Positions 37,708 to 47,955 of a stretch of DNA of 64,000 nt are shown one piece after another. Source of the stretch: a virus; IMG/VR virus record IMGVR_UViG_3300020183_000033, positions 1 to 64,000 of that record; one strand, 5' to 3'. The translations under genes were made by a program, and so were the position numbers. Position 1 is the first letter of the stretch; each line of letters opens with the position of its first letter. The notes beneath the pieces were generated by a model that saw only the letters and a list, made by a program, of their open reading frames with translations, was not told the DNA's origin and did no database searches.

Positions 37708-38778
37708 TTAAACAAATTTGTGTAGACCTTGACTATTAACAGTTTTTGTTTTAGTAATCTCAACAGCGTATCCTTCAGAATTCTTGAAAATTAGTTGACC
37801 TCCTCTAAATGAACCTGTTATTAAATCTTTATTAGAAAATGACACCATGTATTCAGAATTACCTGACGGTAAAGAAAAATCATATTTCTCAATTTGAATT
37901 GGATCCATGTAATATTTATAATAATCAGTTCCAGTATCTATAAAATTTCCATCTTTGTAAAATTTGAGATTATACTCTGCTAAGTTGTCACAGTTCTGTG
38001 GTTTGACGTTTAGAATATCAATCAACTCAAGCGGAGACTCGTTATAACGATTAACTTCCTCTACAATACCCTGTAACATATCGAAATTAAATTCAGAATA
38101 CATGCTTGTGGTAGCGATTAGTTCATCAAGATGACGTTTATACTTAAGTTTGTCAACACAATATTCTCGAATAAAATTTTCATCAAGTCCATTATATTTT
38201 TTCATGTAGAAGATTCTACTGGGGCGATTCAGCATTTGTGGACTGATTCTACTAGAGTCGTTAGATGTCATCAGGATGAGTTTCTTGGAGGAGAACAATC
38301 CATCCAAAAGAGTCAGTAAGGTATTCTGTGACCTGTCGTTACTTGACAACCTGAAAACTTTTTCAAATTCGTCGAAAAATAAAACACAGGGTTGTTGAAT
38401 ACTTTGAAGGAACATAACGAACTCAGTGTCATCATACTCATCATTAATAAGGATAACAGGACAACCAGCCGCCATTGCATTTACACAAACTTTCTTTGCC
38501 AGAATGGTTTTTCCTGAACCCTTCTCCCCTGTCAACAATACACCAGTCGGCTGAAGACGTTGATTAAATGTGTTCAGAATGCGGTCAGCAAACTTATTGA
38601 CATCGCCATATAACTTCTCTGGAATATTAAAGGATTCAATTTCTTCTAGAAAGAATCTCGCAACCTGAGCATCATATTTTAAAACGAAAACTTTGGGAGG
38701 AAGTTTTTCCTCGATGACATAGTTCGCTCTGTTCTGAAGAAAATATCTGCTACCACTTTTTTGATAAAAGGTTTCCAT
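37708..38778 (-). CDS. AAA+ ATPase
   Basis: GEKGSGKT, FFDEFEK, LLTLLDG, NRPSRI. Confidence 0.88.
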   Translation of the reverse strand: METFYQKSGSRYFLQNRANYVIEEKLPPKVFVLKYDAQVARFFLEEIESFNIPEKLYGDVNKFADRILNTFNQRLQPTGVLLTGEKGSGKTILAKKVCVNAMAAGCPVILINDEYDDTEFVMFLQSIQQPCVLFFDEFEKVFRLSSNDRSQNTLLTLLDGLFSSKKLILMTSNDSSRISPQMLNRPSRIFYMKKYNGLDENFIREYCVDKLKYKRHLDELIATTSMYSEFNFDMLQGIVEEVNRYNESPLELIDILNVKPQNCDNLAEYNLKFYKDGNFIDTGTDYYKYYMDPIQIEKYDFSLPSGNSEYMVSFSNKDLITGSFRGGQLIFKNSEGYAVEITKTKTVNSQGLHKFV

Positions 38779-38823
38779 TATTTTTTTTCCTTACTTTTAA
38801 ATTTCGTAGAAAAGAAAACAGTC

Positions 38824-40992
38824 TTACTTAACTATCTTTTCAATAAATGAGTTGATCATCGTCCGCTTCTGTTTTTTGTTATTGTTAACCCAAGAAAATG
38901 TATTTTTTAAATCTTCCATGTCGGTCACCTGGATCTTACCGATATCCTTCACCTTCTTGAAGGCGTCAGTCCCGATAATGTACATTTCATCAAACTCCAT
39001 GACAGCCTTCTTTTCGACCCTGTAATTGCCGCTCATGTAAGGATCAATAAAGAAGTTCACAAACGATACACCCTTCAAACGCTTCTTCATCAGGTTCAAG
39101 AACGCAGCAGGAACCAGCAGAGAACAGTTGTTTTGGATAACAGTTCCCTTGTACTTCTCATCAAGATACGAAGACGAAACCCTTGACTTCGTTTTGGGGT
39201 CCACAAGAACGGAGTGAGTAATATTACTACCGTAACTATAGTAGTTGCTCATCGAGTACTTATCGCAAGAGTGAGTGTCGCCACCATCAGTCAAGAACAC
39301 AACATTAACAATCTCCGCGCGAGTGTTACGACGGAAGCGATTCACAACAGCTTCCAAGGTATTGATAGCCATTACCAGCGGAGTGCCTCCGAGAGGAAAC
39401 CAATCAATCCGCTTCCACTTCGGAGAGAGAAACAAATCAAACATGTCAACGAACTGCTTGTTCGTCATGTTGCTCGAGAAAAGTTCGATCAAAGCAAACT
39501 CATATTCGGTAGTACTTTCTGGCTTTTCTTTGAACTGAACGAACTCTTTGGCACCTTTCTTGATAGTTCTTTGATGCAAGTAACCAATCGCATGATGGTT
39601 ATCAGTGAATCCGTATACAGAAGCAGGAATCCCACAATTACGGCAGAACGACAAAACTTCCATCAACTGAGTTAGCGTCTCACGGAAGTACTTATTCATC
39701 GAACCAGACATATCCAGGTAGAAAACGATCCCGTGATTTTTACCTTTCTGACGGACCTGAGTCGTGAGGAAAACGTTTTCATCAAATTTGTAATTAGGAA
39801 GTGCGTTCATATTAAGGCGGCCAGTCTTGAACTGAAGTGTGTTTTTGTACTCAGTCGCCTTCTTCTTCATATCGAACATCTTCGTGTAGTAAGCGATAGA
39901 AGCTGCGTGATCCTTGCTGAATTTCTTGTAGGAAGCAGCAATCGAACTCAAGTCCATTGGTTCTTCTTCGCCTTGAACTTCGGTGACTCTGTTGCAACCA
40001 TAGTATTTATCAAACACGTGTGTCTTAAGGTACGTGCGGAGCTCTTCGTTGGTGATTAAGATGTTCTCAATAATCGGCTCAGGCAGTTCATAGTAAGTGT
40101 TCTTGACTTGAGCTTCTGTCTTCGATTCAAGAAACTTTTTCATCTTTTCTTCGACTTTGTTCGTGTACTTGCTCTCGAACGAACTTGCCTTGCCTTTTTC
40201 CTTTAAAGGTTCAGGTGAAGCTTCGCCGACTGGTTCTGATTTATTTGAATCAGTGGCGGACTCAGATTCTTCTTCTGATCCTTCGCCTTCAGAAGACTTG
40301 CCGTTGCTGCCAGTCTTTTGTTTTTTTTGTTGGTCTTCAGAACCACCAGAATCCTTTTGCTGACTCTTGCGTGTTTCCGACTCTTCTTGCATCTGGCCTT
40401 CAGGTGAAGACATCATCTGCTGGTCGCTGTTGAACTCTTCTTCACACAGACCGTAGATCTCGTTTGTCAACGCCACGACGTCTTCGAAGGTTTCGCAATT
40501 TTCAACTTTATTCACCAACTGCCAAAACTGATCGTCGGTTTCAAACGGAATCTTGCCTGGAATCTTGAAGTGGAAATTGATCTTGTCAATCAGCGTCATC
40601 TGGCTGGGATCAAAACCTTTTGTGAAAATACCACGTTCAAAGAGTTCCTCGTAACCAAAGTAGAAAACTTTGCGCATACCAGGATACTTTTTCTTTACTG
40701 CGCGTTCGATGCGTGGGTCTTCAATCACGTTCATGACGGTCTTGAAAACATTCTTGTTTCCGTTGAAGGATTCAATTGCGGAGACCCACGCATCAGAAGG
40801 AGTATAAAGAGCGTGACCGATTTCGTGGCCGATAAGCATCTCAGTTTCCATTTCACTGAGATCTTTCCAGGTCGGCAGGACTAGGGTGCGGTTTTCTGTA
40901 TCGAAATAAGCAGTAGGAACGTTTTGCTGCTGTATGTCGATATCTTCGGTTGCCATTAACTTCGCTAGCAACTCAGTGCGTTCATCAAGCAT
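38824..40992 (-). CDS. Metallopeptidase-vWA protein (CobT-like partner of the MoxR ATPase)
   Basis: HEIGH zincin motif, NVIEDPRIE, acidic linker, DMSGS MIDAS, GGTPL, LTDG. Confidence 0.85.
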   Translation of the reverse strand: MLDERTELLAKLMATEDIDIQQQNVPTAYFDTENRTLVLPTWKDLSEMETEMLIGHEIGHALYTPSDAWVSAIESFNGNKNVFKTVMNVIEDPRIERAVKKKYPGMRKVFYFGYEELFERGIFTKGFDPSQMTLIDKINFHFKIPGKIPFETDDQFWQLVNKVENCETFEDVVALTNEIYGLCEEEFNSDQQMMSSPEGQMQEESETRKSQQKDSGGSEDQQKKQKTGSNGKSSEGEGSEEESESATDSNKSEPVGEASPEPLKEKGKASSFESKYTNKVEEKMKKFLESKTEAQVKNTYYELPEPIIENILITNEELRTYLKTHVFDKYYGCNRVTEVQGEEEPMDLSSIAASYKKFSKDHAASIAYYTKMFDMKKKATEYKNTLQFKTGRLNMNALPNYKFDENVFLTTQVRQKGKNHGIVFYLDMSGSMNKYFRETLTQLMEVLSFCRNCGIPASVYGFTDNHHAIGYLHQRTIKKGAKEFVQFKEKPESTTEYEFALIELFSSNMTNKQFVDMFDLFLSPKWKRIDWFPLGGTPLVMAINTLEAVVNRFRRNTRAEIVNVVFLTDGGDTHSCDKYSMSNYYSYGSNITHSVLVDPKTKSRVSSSYLDEKYKGTVIQNNCSLLVPAAFLNLMKKRLKGVSFVNFFIDPYMSGNYRVEKKAVMEFDEMYIIGTDAFKKVKDIGKIQVTDMEDLKNTFSWVNNNKKQKRTMINSFIEKIVK

Positions 40993-41235
40993 ACAACTAT
41001 GATAATACGGCCATCGAAAAAAGTAAAGAACTATATTCCCTTTAGAATCAGTAGTTTACCTGCAACTCGTTCATTCTAAAGGGAATGTAGTTTTTTCGTT
41101 CACCTTATAATATGCATGCATGCGCGCGAGAGAAAAAAAGATCTCCTTTAGAATCAGTGACTTAGCTGCAAGTCGTTGATTCTAAAGGGAATATAGTTCT
41201 TTACTTTAATGGTTCGTCCGTGTTATGATATATGT
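40993..41235. promoter_or_regulatory. Divergent early promoter module with two palindromic IHF-like elements
   Basis: Palindromes at 41038-41083 and 41145-41189, central ATATGCATGCATGCGCGCGAG, TATGAT -10. Confidence 0.75.
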
Positions 41236-41490
41236 ATGAAGTTTGATAAAACGAAGTTTACGTATCACGGCGGATACCTGATGTACGGAACGCAGTTTGT
41301 GGCGCGATTCAAATATCGTGGCCCTGTGACAATGGCTCGCTTCAAGGCTGTATTGCTGAAGTATTACAGCACAGAAAACTACTTCGCTCGCTTGAGTGCT
41401 GGCGCGACTCCGCTGGGAATTTTGACAGAAGACGGCCACCTGAATTACACTAAAGGAAAATTGGTCCTCGACGGAAAGGTTTTGAACTAA
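41236..41490 (+). CDS. Small early protein
   Basis: MKFDKTKFTYHGGYLMY...VARFKY; directly after the early promoter. Confidence 0.7.
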   Translation: MKFDKTKFTYHGGYLMYGTQFVARFKYRGPVTMARFKAVLLKYYSTENYFARLSAGATPLGILTEDGHLNYTKGKLVLDGKVLN

Positions 41491-41573
41491 AACCGCAAGC
41501 TGTTGAAAACAGGGCGAATATAGTTCTTTACTTTTCGCCTTCTCCGTTTTAGAATTGATATATTAAGGAAATT

Positions 41574-42776
41574 ATGAACCCCAAACTGACTGAATTTATT
41601 GACGCGCTCCGCGCTGCCTTCCCTGACGCTGAAACTGTTTATCGTCCTGCAGTAGACCAAGTTTTCGAAGCAACTCGTAACGCAAAGGGACGCACCCTTT
41701 TTTGCACAACTCCTGAGTTCAAGTTGTCTCGTGGAATTTATCGTATTCCTAAGGTGGGAGAAGTCATTTCTCAGTCTGTAGCTGCTGCTCCTGTTCCTGT
41801 TCCCGTCGCCCAGGCTAGTTCCGCTAACGCAGAAATGGTTATGGCTCTTAAACAGCCGATCGAGTTCCCGAATCGTTCTCTGATTCCTTCTGTTGACAAG
41901 GACTTCGTTCCTTTTGGTGATTTCCGTCTAATCTTAAATTTCTTGAAGTCGGATATGTTTTACCCGATTTTTATTTCAGGCGAGTCAGGTAACGGTAAAA
42001 CCAAGATGGTTTACGAGGCTTGCGCGAAGGCTAGACGCGAGTTAATTCGCGCTAACATTACCGAGACCACAGACGAAGACGATCTGATTGGCGGATTCCG
42101 TTTGGTTAACGGAGAAACAGTCTGGCAGGACGGTCCTGCGTTGGAAGCGATGAAGCGTGGCGCTGTATTGCTGCTTGACGAAGTCAACCTTGGTTCACCA
42201 AAGATCATGTGCCTTCAGCCGATCTTGGAAGGCAACCCGATTTTCGTCAAGAAAATCTCAAAGCTTGTTCAACCTGCTCCTGGCTTCACGGTAATCGCTA
42301 CTGCCAACACAAAAGGCAAAGGCTCAGACGATGGTCGCTACATCGGTTCGAACATTTTGAGCGAAGCGTTCCTTGACCGTTTTGCTGTCACAATCGAACA
42401 CGATTACCCAACAAAGGTTGCTGAGTTAAAGATCCTCGAGAACGTTCTCCAGCGCGAATCGATTCTTAACAAAGACACACAAGACTTCGCTGCTAAGCTT
42501 GTTGAATGGGCTGGTGTTGTTCGCGCTACCTTCAAGGAAGGCGCCATTGATGAAGTCATCACCACTCGTCGTTTGATTCACATCCTGAACTTCTATGCCT
42601 TCGGCAAGCAGAACAAGATGGCCGCGATTGAATATTGCACTTCCCGCTTCGACGAAGAAACCAAAGCCTCTATCCGTTCCCTTTATCAGAAGGTTGATGA
42701 CACTATTGTTCTGAGTCAAGAACAGCAGGGTGATCAGTCGGTTGATGAAGACGAGCTTCTCCTTTCTAATCTTTAA
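41574..42776 (+). CDS. MoxR/CobS-like AAA+ ATPase
   Basis: GESGNGKT, TDEDDLIGG, LLLDE, ATANTKGKG, AFLDRF. Confidence 0.9.
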   Translation: MNPKLTEFIDALRAAFPDAETVYRPAVDQVFEATRNAKGRTLFCTTPEFKLSRGIYRIPKVGEVISQSVAAAPVPVPVAQASSANAEMVMALKQPIEFPNRSLIPSVDKDFVPFGDFRLILNFLKSDMFYPIFISGESGNGKTKMVYEACAKARRELIRANITETTDEDDLIGGFRLVNGETVWQDGPALEAMKRGAVLLLDEVNLGSPKIMCLQPILEGNPIFVKKISKLVQPAPGFTVIATANTKGKGSDDGRYIGSNILSEAFLDRFAVTIEHDYPTKVAELKILENVLQRESILNKDTQDFAAKLVEWAGVVRATFKEGAIDEVITTRRLIHILNFYAFGKQNKMAAIEYCTSRFDEETKASIRSLYQKVDDTIVLSQEQQGDQSVDEDELLLSNL

Positions 42777-42794
42777 TAGATGTTGTTTCCATTC

Positions 42795-42823
42795 AGGCTG
42801 GGCTTCGGTCCAGCCTTTTTTTG
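42795..42823 (+). terminator. Intrinsic terminator
   Basis: AGGCTGGGC-TTCG-GTCCAGCCT plus T run. Confidence 0.85.
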
Positions 42824-42851
42824 TTGATAAATACGTTGAGAGGTTATCTAT

Positions 42852-43136
42852 ATGCCACGTTATGATTACTATTGTTCCAATGAAAAATGTGGGACAACCT
42901 TCGAACTGTTTCTTCCTATGTCAAGGGTAGACGAACCAACACAAAAGCCTTGTCCTTCTTGCAACTACAAAACAATTTTAAGAAAAACTGCTGCCCCGTT
43001 AATTGGCGATCCTGTTCGTATGGGCGTCACCAAGCCGCCAGCAGATTTCAGCAAATACGTTCTTGGCAAGATCAAACAAAAACACCCCAATCATTCTATG
43101 GGCAACACAAAAATAAATCACGCTAGAGATATCTAA
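42852..43136 (+). CDS. FmdB-like zinc ribbon protein
   Basis: MPRYDYYC...CG..FE...CPSC. Confidence 0.8.
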   Translation: MPRYDYYCSNEKCGTTFELFLPMSRVDEPTQKPCPSCNYKTILRKTAAPLIGDPVRMGVTKPPADFSKYVLGKIKQKHPNHSMGNTKINHARDI

Positions 43137-43141
43137 AACAT

Positions 43142-43870
43142 ATGGCAAGCAAGACATCGAAACCAAGAAAATCAGTTGAACCTAAAATTGATTCGTCGTT
43201 TACTCTTAAGAATATTCAACCAATCAACGAATGTCAGAAAGACGTTATTGAGTCATTTCAACAAGGTCAGAATATGGTTTTAATGGGAACAGCAGGAACT
43301 GGAAAAACGTTCCTCTCGTTATTTCTTGCACTTAACGACATCATAAAAGGAAAGGGCGAACGTCCTAACAAGATTATGATTATCCGTTCAATTGTTGCTT
43401 CGCGCGACATCGGGTTTCTACCTGGAACGGTTAAAGAAAAAATGGCTGTTTACGAAGAACCATACAAAGGCGTATTCGCTGAACTGTTTGGCAGAGGCGA
43501 CGCTTATGAAGTTCTTAAGAGCAAAGGATTTGTGGAGTTTTGCTCCACTTCCTATCTAAGAGGCACAACGATTAATAACACGTATGTGATTCTTGACGAA
43601 TTCCAGAACTGCACTTTCGCTGAGCTCGATACGGTAATATCTCGACTCGGAATTGGGTCGCTTTTAATCTTTTGTGGTGACATTGAACAGACTGACCTTA
43701 ACAAGAAGTGTAATGATGTAACAGGGTTACCTGACTTTGTTCGTATTATCGAGGAAATGGAATCCTTTGATATTATCGAGTTCGGAGTAGAAGACATTGT
43801 ACGTAGCGGTTTGGTAAAGGAATACATCTTAGCTAAACGAAAGTTAGATCTAAATTTTAGAGACGAATAG
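43142..43870 (+). CDS. phoH: PhoH-family ATPase
   Basis: GTAGTGKT, GFLPG, LRGTT, DEFQN, GDIEQTDL, DIVRSGLV. Confidence 0.92.
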   Translation: MASKTSKPRKSVEPKIDSSFTLKNIQPINECQKDVIESFQQGQNMVLMGTAGTGKTFLSLFLALNDIIKGKGERPNKIMIIRSIVASRDIGFLPGTVKEKMAVYEEPYKGVFAELFGRGDAYEVLKSKGFVEFCSTSYLRGTTINNTYVILDEFQNCTFAELDTVISRLGIGSLLIFCGDIEQTDLNKKCNDVTGLPDFVRIIEEMESFDIIEFGVEDIVRSGLVKEYILAKRKLDLNFRDE

Positions 43871-44554
43871 GTGAAGAAATTTATTCATAAGGGATTAGAG
43901 ATCCCTGTGCTAGAAACTTTTTATAAGGAAGGGCATAGATACTATGTCACGCCAACGGGCAACTCTTATCCTTCTGTTTCTACAGTCATGGGATCTCTTT
44001 CCAAAGATTCAATTGAACAATGGCGTAAGCGAGTCGGCGAAGAAGAAGCCGATAAGATCTCGAACTACGCCACTACCTTTGGAACGAACATCCATAAGAT
44101 CATTGAAGATTATATAGACAATAAAGAAGGCTATATAAACTTCGCGAGACCTCAAGAGAAATGGGTCTTCAATGCAGCAGAACCAATTATAGACGAGTGT
44201 ATTGACAACGTATTCTGTCAGGAAGCTTGCCTGTATTCTGATGTACTACAACTCGCTGGAAGAACAGATTGTATCGCCGAGTTCAATGGTATACCTTCTG
44301 TTATCGACTTCAAGACAGCACGCAAGATGAAGAAGGAAGAACACATTGAGTCATATTTCCTTCAGGCAACTTGCTACTCTTTGATGTTCGAAGAGATTAC
44401 TTCTATCAGAGTCCCGCAAATTGTTATCCTTATGATGACATATGATGCGGAAGTTAAAGTTTTCATCAAGTCTAGAAAAGATTATTATAAGCGTTTGAAA
44501 GAGGTTCTAAATGAGTTTAGAGGAAATCAAAGAAGCGATTGCAGCGGATCTTAA
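43871..44554 (+). CDS. PD-(D/E)XK exonuclease
   Basis: YPSVSTV, GT.IH, AGRTDC, IDFKT. Confidence 0.85.
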   Translation: MKKFIHKGLEIPVLETFYKEGHRYYVTPTGNSYPSVSTVMGSLSKDSIEQWRKRVGEEEADKISNYATTFGTNIHKIIEDYIDNKEGYINFARPQEKWVFNAAEPIIDECIDNVFCQEACLYSDVLQLAGRTDCIAEFNGIPSVIDFKTARKMKKEEHIESYFLQATCYSLMFEEITSIRVPQIVILMMTYDAEVKVFIKSRKDYYKRLKEVLNEFRGNQRSDCSGS

Positions 44555-44936
44555 GATTGACAGGTTTAACCTTGTTGATGAGACATCCAGAACTCCTCAG
44601 TTGTTTTCTAAGTACCTTTCCATCTATACAGATGAGAAGCTGAAGTTAAGAATGTTGAAGCGGAAGTCGTTTCAAATGTACGCTGACCGCAGAGAGTTCT
44701 ACATGGGTCAGAAACCAGATGATAAATATGTTGAGGAACCTTGGGACAAAAAGGTATTGCGCCAAGACGTTGACATTTACCTTGACGCAGACTCAAAACT
44801 CCAAGACCTAATGGATAAGATTTCTTATCAGGAAACAATTGTAGAGATGCTAGAACGCACTCTCAAGGAAATTTCTGGAAGAAACTACCAAATCAAGAAC
44901 ATGGTAGATATAATCAGGTTTGAATCAGGCGCATGA
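44511..44936 (+). CDS. uvsY: Recombination mediator
   Basis: DLKID, YLDAD, RNYQIKN...FESG. Confidence 0.88.
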   Translation: MSLEEIKEAIAADLKIDRFNLVDETSRTPQLFSKYLSIYTDEKLKLRMLKRKSFQMYADRREFYMGQKPDDKYVEEPWDKKVLRQDVDIYLDADSKLQDLMDKISYQETIVEMLERTLKEISGRNYQIKNMVDIIRFESGA

Positions 44937-46413
44937 CATCTCGGTAATTAGAGTTAACTCTGTATGGTCCAGGGTCGAGGCCGATCCTGGCATCATAAAA
45001 GAATTATCTGACTCCTTTACATTTGATGTCCCCTCGGCTAAATTTATGCCGTCGTTCAGGAAGAGATACTGGGACGGCAAGATTCGCCTTATTAAAGCAG
45101 GAACGAATAAAGTCTATTCTGGTTTGCTACACTCTATCGAGGAGTGGGCCAAGGAACGCGACTATACCTTCGGAACTGATTTAGAGTTTAACACCAAACC
45201 AATTCCACTTTCCTTCAACAAATGGTATTCTTCTGGGAATAGAATCGAACCCAGAGAGTACCAAGCCAAAGCAATCTACAATGCTCAGAAGTACAAGCGT
45301 GCGATCTTCCTTTCCCCTACTGCCTCAGGCAAATCCCTAATCATCTATACGATTGCTAGAAACCTTCTTTCCAAGGTCGAAGGCAAAATCCTTATTCTTG
45401 TTCCCACTACATCTCTTGTAGAGCAGTTGTACGCTGACTTCCAAGACTACGCAAACGGTGAATGGAATGTTGTTGCCAACTGCACGAGGATCTACTCTGG
45501 AATGGAGAGAGAAGACAAGCGTATTGTTATCTCGACTTGGCAATCCCTATACGATCAACCAGCAAAATACTTTGATCCATTTGATGCAGTGATCGGCGAC
45601 GAGTGCCATCTGTACAAGTCAAAAGAGATCTCTGGACTCTTGGAAAAAATGTCAAACGCTGAATACAGATACGGTTTTACAGGAACTCTAGACGGCTCAC
45701 AAACAAACAAGCTAATCCTTGAAGGCCTCTTTGGAAAAGTTGTTCAAGTAGCTTCTACTTCGCAGTTGGTAAAGGACAAACACTTGTCTCAGTTCAAGAT
45801 TAACTGTATTTTGATTGATTATTCAAAAGAAGAAAAGGCTAAAAACAAAAACAACAACTACGAAGAAGAGATCCAGTATATTATCGGTGGTAAGCTTAGG
45901 AACATGTTTATCGCTGATCTAGCGAAGTCCACAAAAGGTAACACTCTGGTCCTTTTCTCTAGAGTAGAAACCCATGGCAAGATTATCTTTGATCTGATCA
46001 AGGAATCAACTGACCGCGATATCTACTTTATATACGGCGGAACAGAAACTTCTATCCGAGAAGACGTCAGAAAAAAAGTAGAAAACGCCGAGAACGCAAT
46101 CATTGTTGCATCAACTCAGGTCTTTTCAACGGGCATAAATATAAAGTCGTTAGCCAATATTATATTTGCGTACCCTTCAAAATCGAGAGTACGCACTCTA
46201 CAGTCAATAGGAAGAGTTCTAAGATTATCGGATAAAAAGGAAATGTCTATTGTTTATGACATCTCAGATGATCTTACCTGGAAGAATAAAAAGAATTACA
46301 CTCTAAATCATTTCCTTGAGCGTTTAAAAATCTACACGTCGGAGGAATTTAACTACTCTATTAAGAAAGTAAATCTAAAAAACATCTATGTCGAAAATCA
46401 ACTCAAACTTTGA
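44920..46413 (+). CDS. uvsW: SF2 DNA helicase
   Basis: PREYQ, SPTASGKS, DECH, QSIGRVLR; start codon uncertain (TTG). Confidence 0.93.
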   Translation: MNQAHDISVIRVNSVWSRVEADPGIIKELSDSFTFDVPSAKFMPSFRKRYWDGKIRLIKAGTNKVYSGLLHSIEEWAKERDYTFGTDLEFNTKPIPLSFNKWYSSGNRIEPREYQAKAIYNAQKYKRAIFLSPTASGKSLIIYTIARNLLSKVEGKILILVPTTSLVEQLYADFQDYANGEWNVVANCTRIYSGMEREDKRIVISTWQSLYDQPAKYFDPFDAVIGDECHLYKSKEISGLLEKMSNAEYRYGFTGTLDGSQTNKLILEGLFGKVVQVASTSQLVKDKHLSQFKINCILIDYSKEEKAKNKNNNYEEEIQYIIGGKLRNMFIADLAKSTKGNTLVLFSRVETHGKIIFDLIKESTDRDIYFIYGGTETSIREDVRKKVENAENAIIVASTQVFSTGINIKSLANIIFAYPSKSRVRTLQSIGRVLRLSDKKEMSIVYDISDDLTWKNKKNYTLNHFLERLKIYTSEEFNYSIKKVNLKNIYVENQLKL

Positions 46414-46679
46414 AAAACGCATTCCAACTTCTGTTGATGAAGCTATGGAAGAATTAGATCGAAGGATCAGACTTGCTTCATTAGGAGAGTTATCAACCAG
46501 ACTTAATATAAGAGTTATCGTTAAGGGAGTTCTTGAAGACTTAGTTACTGGATTGGCTAATAAGTAACTAAATATATTATTTTCGTAGAACATACTTATT
46601 GTAACTTTTTTTTATTCCTAAGTAAAGCGATTAGATAAAAAAAACCTCTTTACTTTTACATCCAATCAAGGTATACTAA

Positions 46680-46943
46680 ATGAGTAGAATAAAAAAGAAA
46701 GACCTTTATATGATGATTGGAATAACCCCTGAGCAGTTGGTGCAAGATATCTCAGATATCGTTTATCGGAATAAGATGAATTATATCGATGCCACGGTAT
46801 TCTATTGTGAGAAGAACAACCTTGACGTCGAGTCAGTAGGAAAGATCGTTCCTTCCTCTCTTAAGTCTAAGATTGAAGAATCCGCTCGTGTCAATAGAAT
46901 GTTAAAAAGAAAATACAACGACATCTCTACTCTTCCTATTTAA
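46680..46943 (+). CDS. gp33: Late transcription coactivator
   Basis: YIDA..YCEKNNLDVE...LKSKIE..A, C-terminal LPI. Confidence 0.85.
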   Translation: MSRIKKKDLYMMIGITPEQLVQDISDIVYRNKMNYIDATVFYCEKNNLDVESVGKIVPSSLKSKIEESARVNRMLKRKYNDISTLPI

Positions 46944-46945
46944 GT

Positions 46946-47575
46946 ATGAACCTTTCTGAGAGATCATTTAATTATTACCGATATTTCATTGCCATCAAAC
47001 TTCATTTTAAAAACAAGAACTACGATTTCTTTAAGTCTGCTGGAAAGACAACCACTTCTGTATCAGCATTTCAAGGAAGAAACGACAGGTACTTTTTCGA
47101 GAAAATGGCAAAGGTTTTTAACACTGACAAGTTCTTAGACAAGTGCTTAACTGAAGTAAAAAAGAACAGAAACTTCTCTAGTCGAGATTTGTTTAGTCCT
47201 GATAACGAATCTCGATACCTGAAAAGAAAGGGCTACTTAGAATCTTTTCGAAGTTCGTTTGATAGAGAAATTTCTGATGTTGTAAATCATTGTCTTAAAA
47301 ACAAAATCTCAATAAAGGAACTAGTAGAAGGAACTGATGAACAGAGACCGCATATCTATCTTTTATTACACAGAAATGTAATCTCAGAAGAAACATATCT
47401 ATGTTTTGATCGTGTGTTTGATGTGTCTGTACATTTGGCGAAATTTTCAATGGATCCGCTATTAAGCGACACAGAATTCTTTCTAAAGAAATACTATCCG
47501 TTTGTGGCAAAGTATTTTCCAAGAGATTCTGAGCTTAAAACTATTTTATCCAAAACGCTTGACATTTTGAGCTGA
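46946..47575 (+). CDS. gp59: Helicase loader
   Basis: AIKLHF...YDFFK, RNDRYFFEK, KKYYPF. Confidence 0.85.
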   Translation: MNLSERSFNYYRYFIAIKLHFKNKNYDFFKSAGKTTTSVSAFQGRNDRYFFEKMAKVFNTDKFLDKCLTEVKKNRNFSSRDLFSPDNESRYLKRKGYLESFRSSFDREISDVVNHCLKNKISIKELVEGTDEQRPHIYLLLHRNVISEETYLCFDRVFDVSVHLAKFSMDPLLSDTEFFLKKYYPFVAKYFPRDSELKTILSKTLDILS

Positions 47576-47587
47576 ATATATTATAAT
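47559..47587 (+). promoter_or_regulatory. Consensus sigma70 promoter
   Basis: TTGACA-17-TATAAT upstream of the gp32 operon. Confidence 0.8.
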
Positions 47588-47604
47588 AAGTAAAGAGGTG
47601 ATTA

Positions 47605-47955
47605 ATGGCTGATCGTAATCATGACGAAGATGATGACCTAGATGAATTTAAAGACGACGATGAGCTATTGGGAGATGATCCATCAGAGGATGGCTTAACT
47701 ACTATAAGCCTGAGTCCTGAAGACATCGACAATATCTTTGAGTCTGTATATCGTGGCGTAGAATTATTGCACTCGGTAATGGCGAACTTATATAAGAACC
47801 ATCAGCAAAGGGTGGTTGATTATGATGTTTTGAAAACAACGCTTGATACCAAGAACGATGAGTTAAAGAAGTACAAAGACAAACTACTAGAAATTTACTC
47901 GCAACAGGCACCTAAGCCGACAAAGAGAAAAGGAAATAAAACAAATGAACTTTAA
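47605..47955 (+). CDS. Acidic hypothetical protein
   Basis: GAGGTG RBS. Confidence 0.65.
   Translation: MADRNHDEDDDLDEFKDDDELLGDDPSEDGLTTISLSPEDIDNIFESVYRGVELLHSVMANLYKNHQQRVVDYDVLKTTLDTKNDELKKYKDKLLEIYSQQAPKPTKRKGNKTNEL

Noticed and set aside
43871-44554. Cas4 as part of a CRISPR system
   Set aside because: Common T4-like PD-(D/E)XK exonuclease between phoH and uvsY; no array and no Fe-S cysteine pattern
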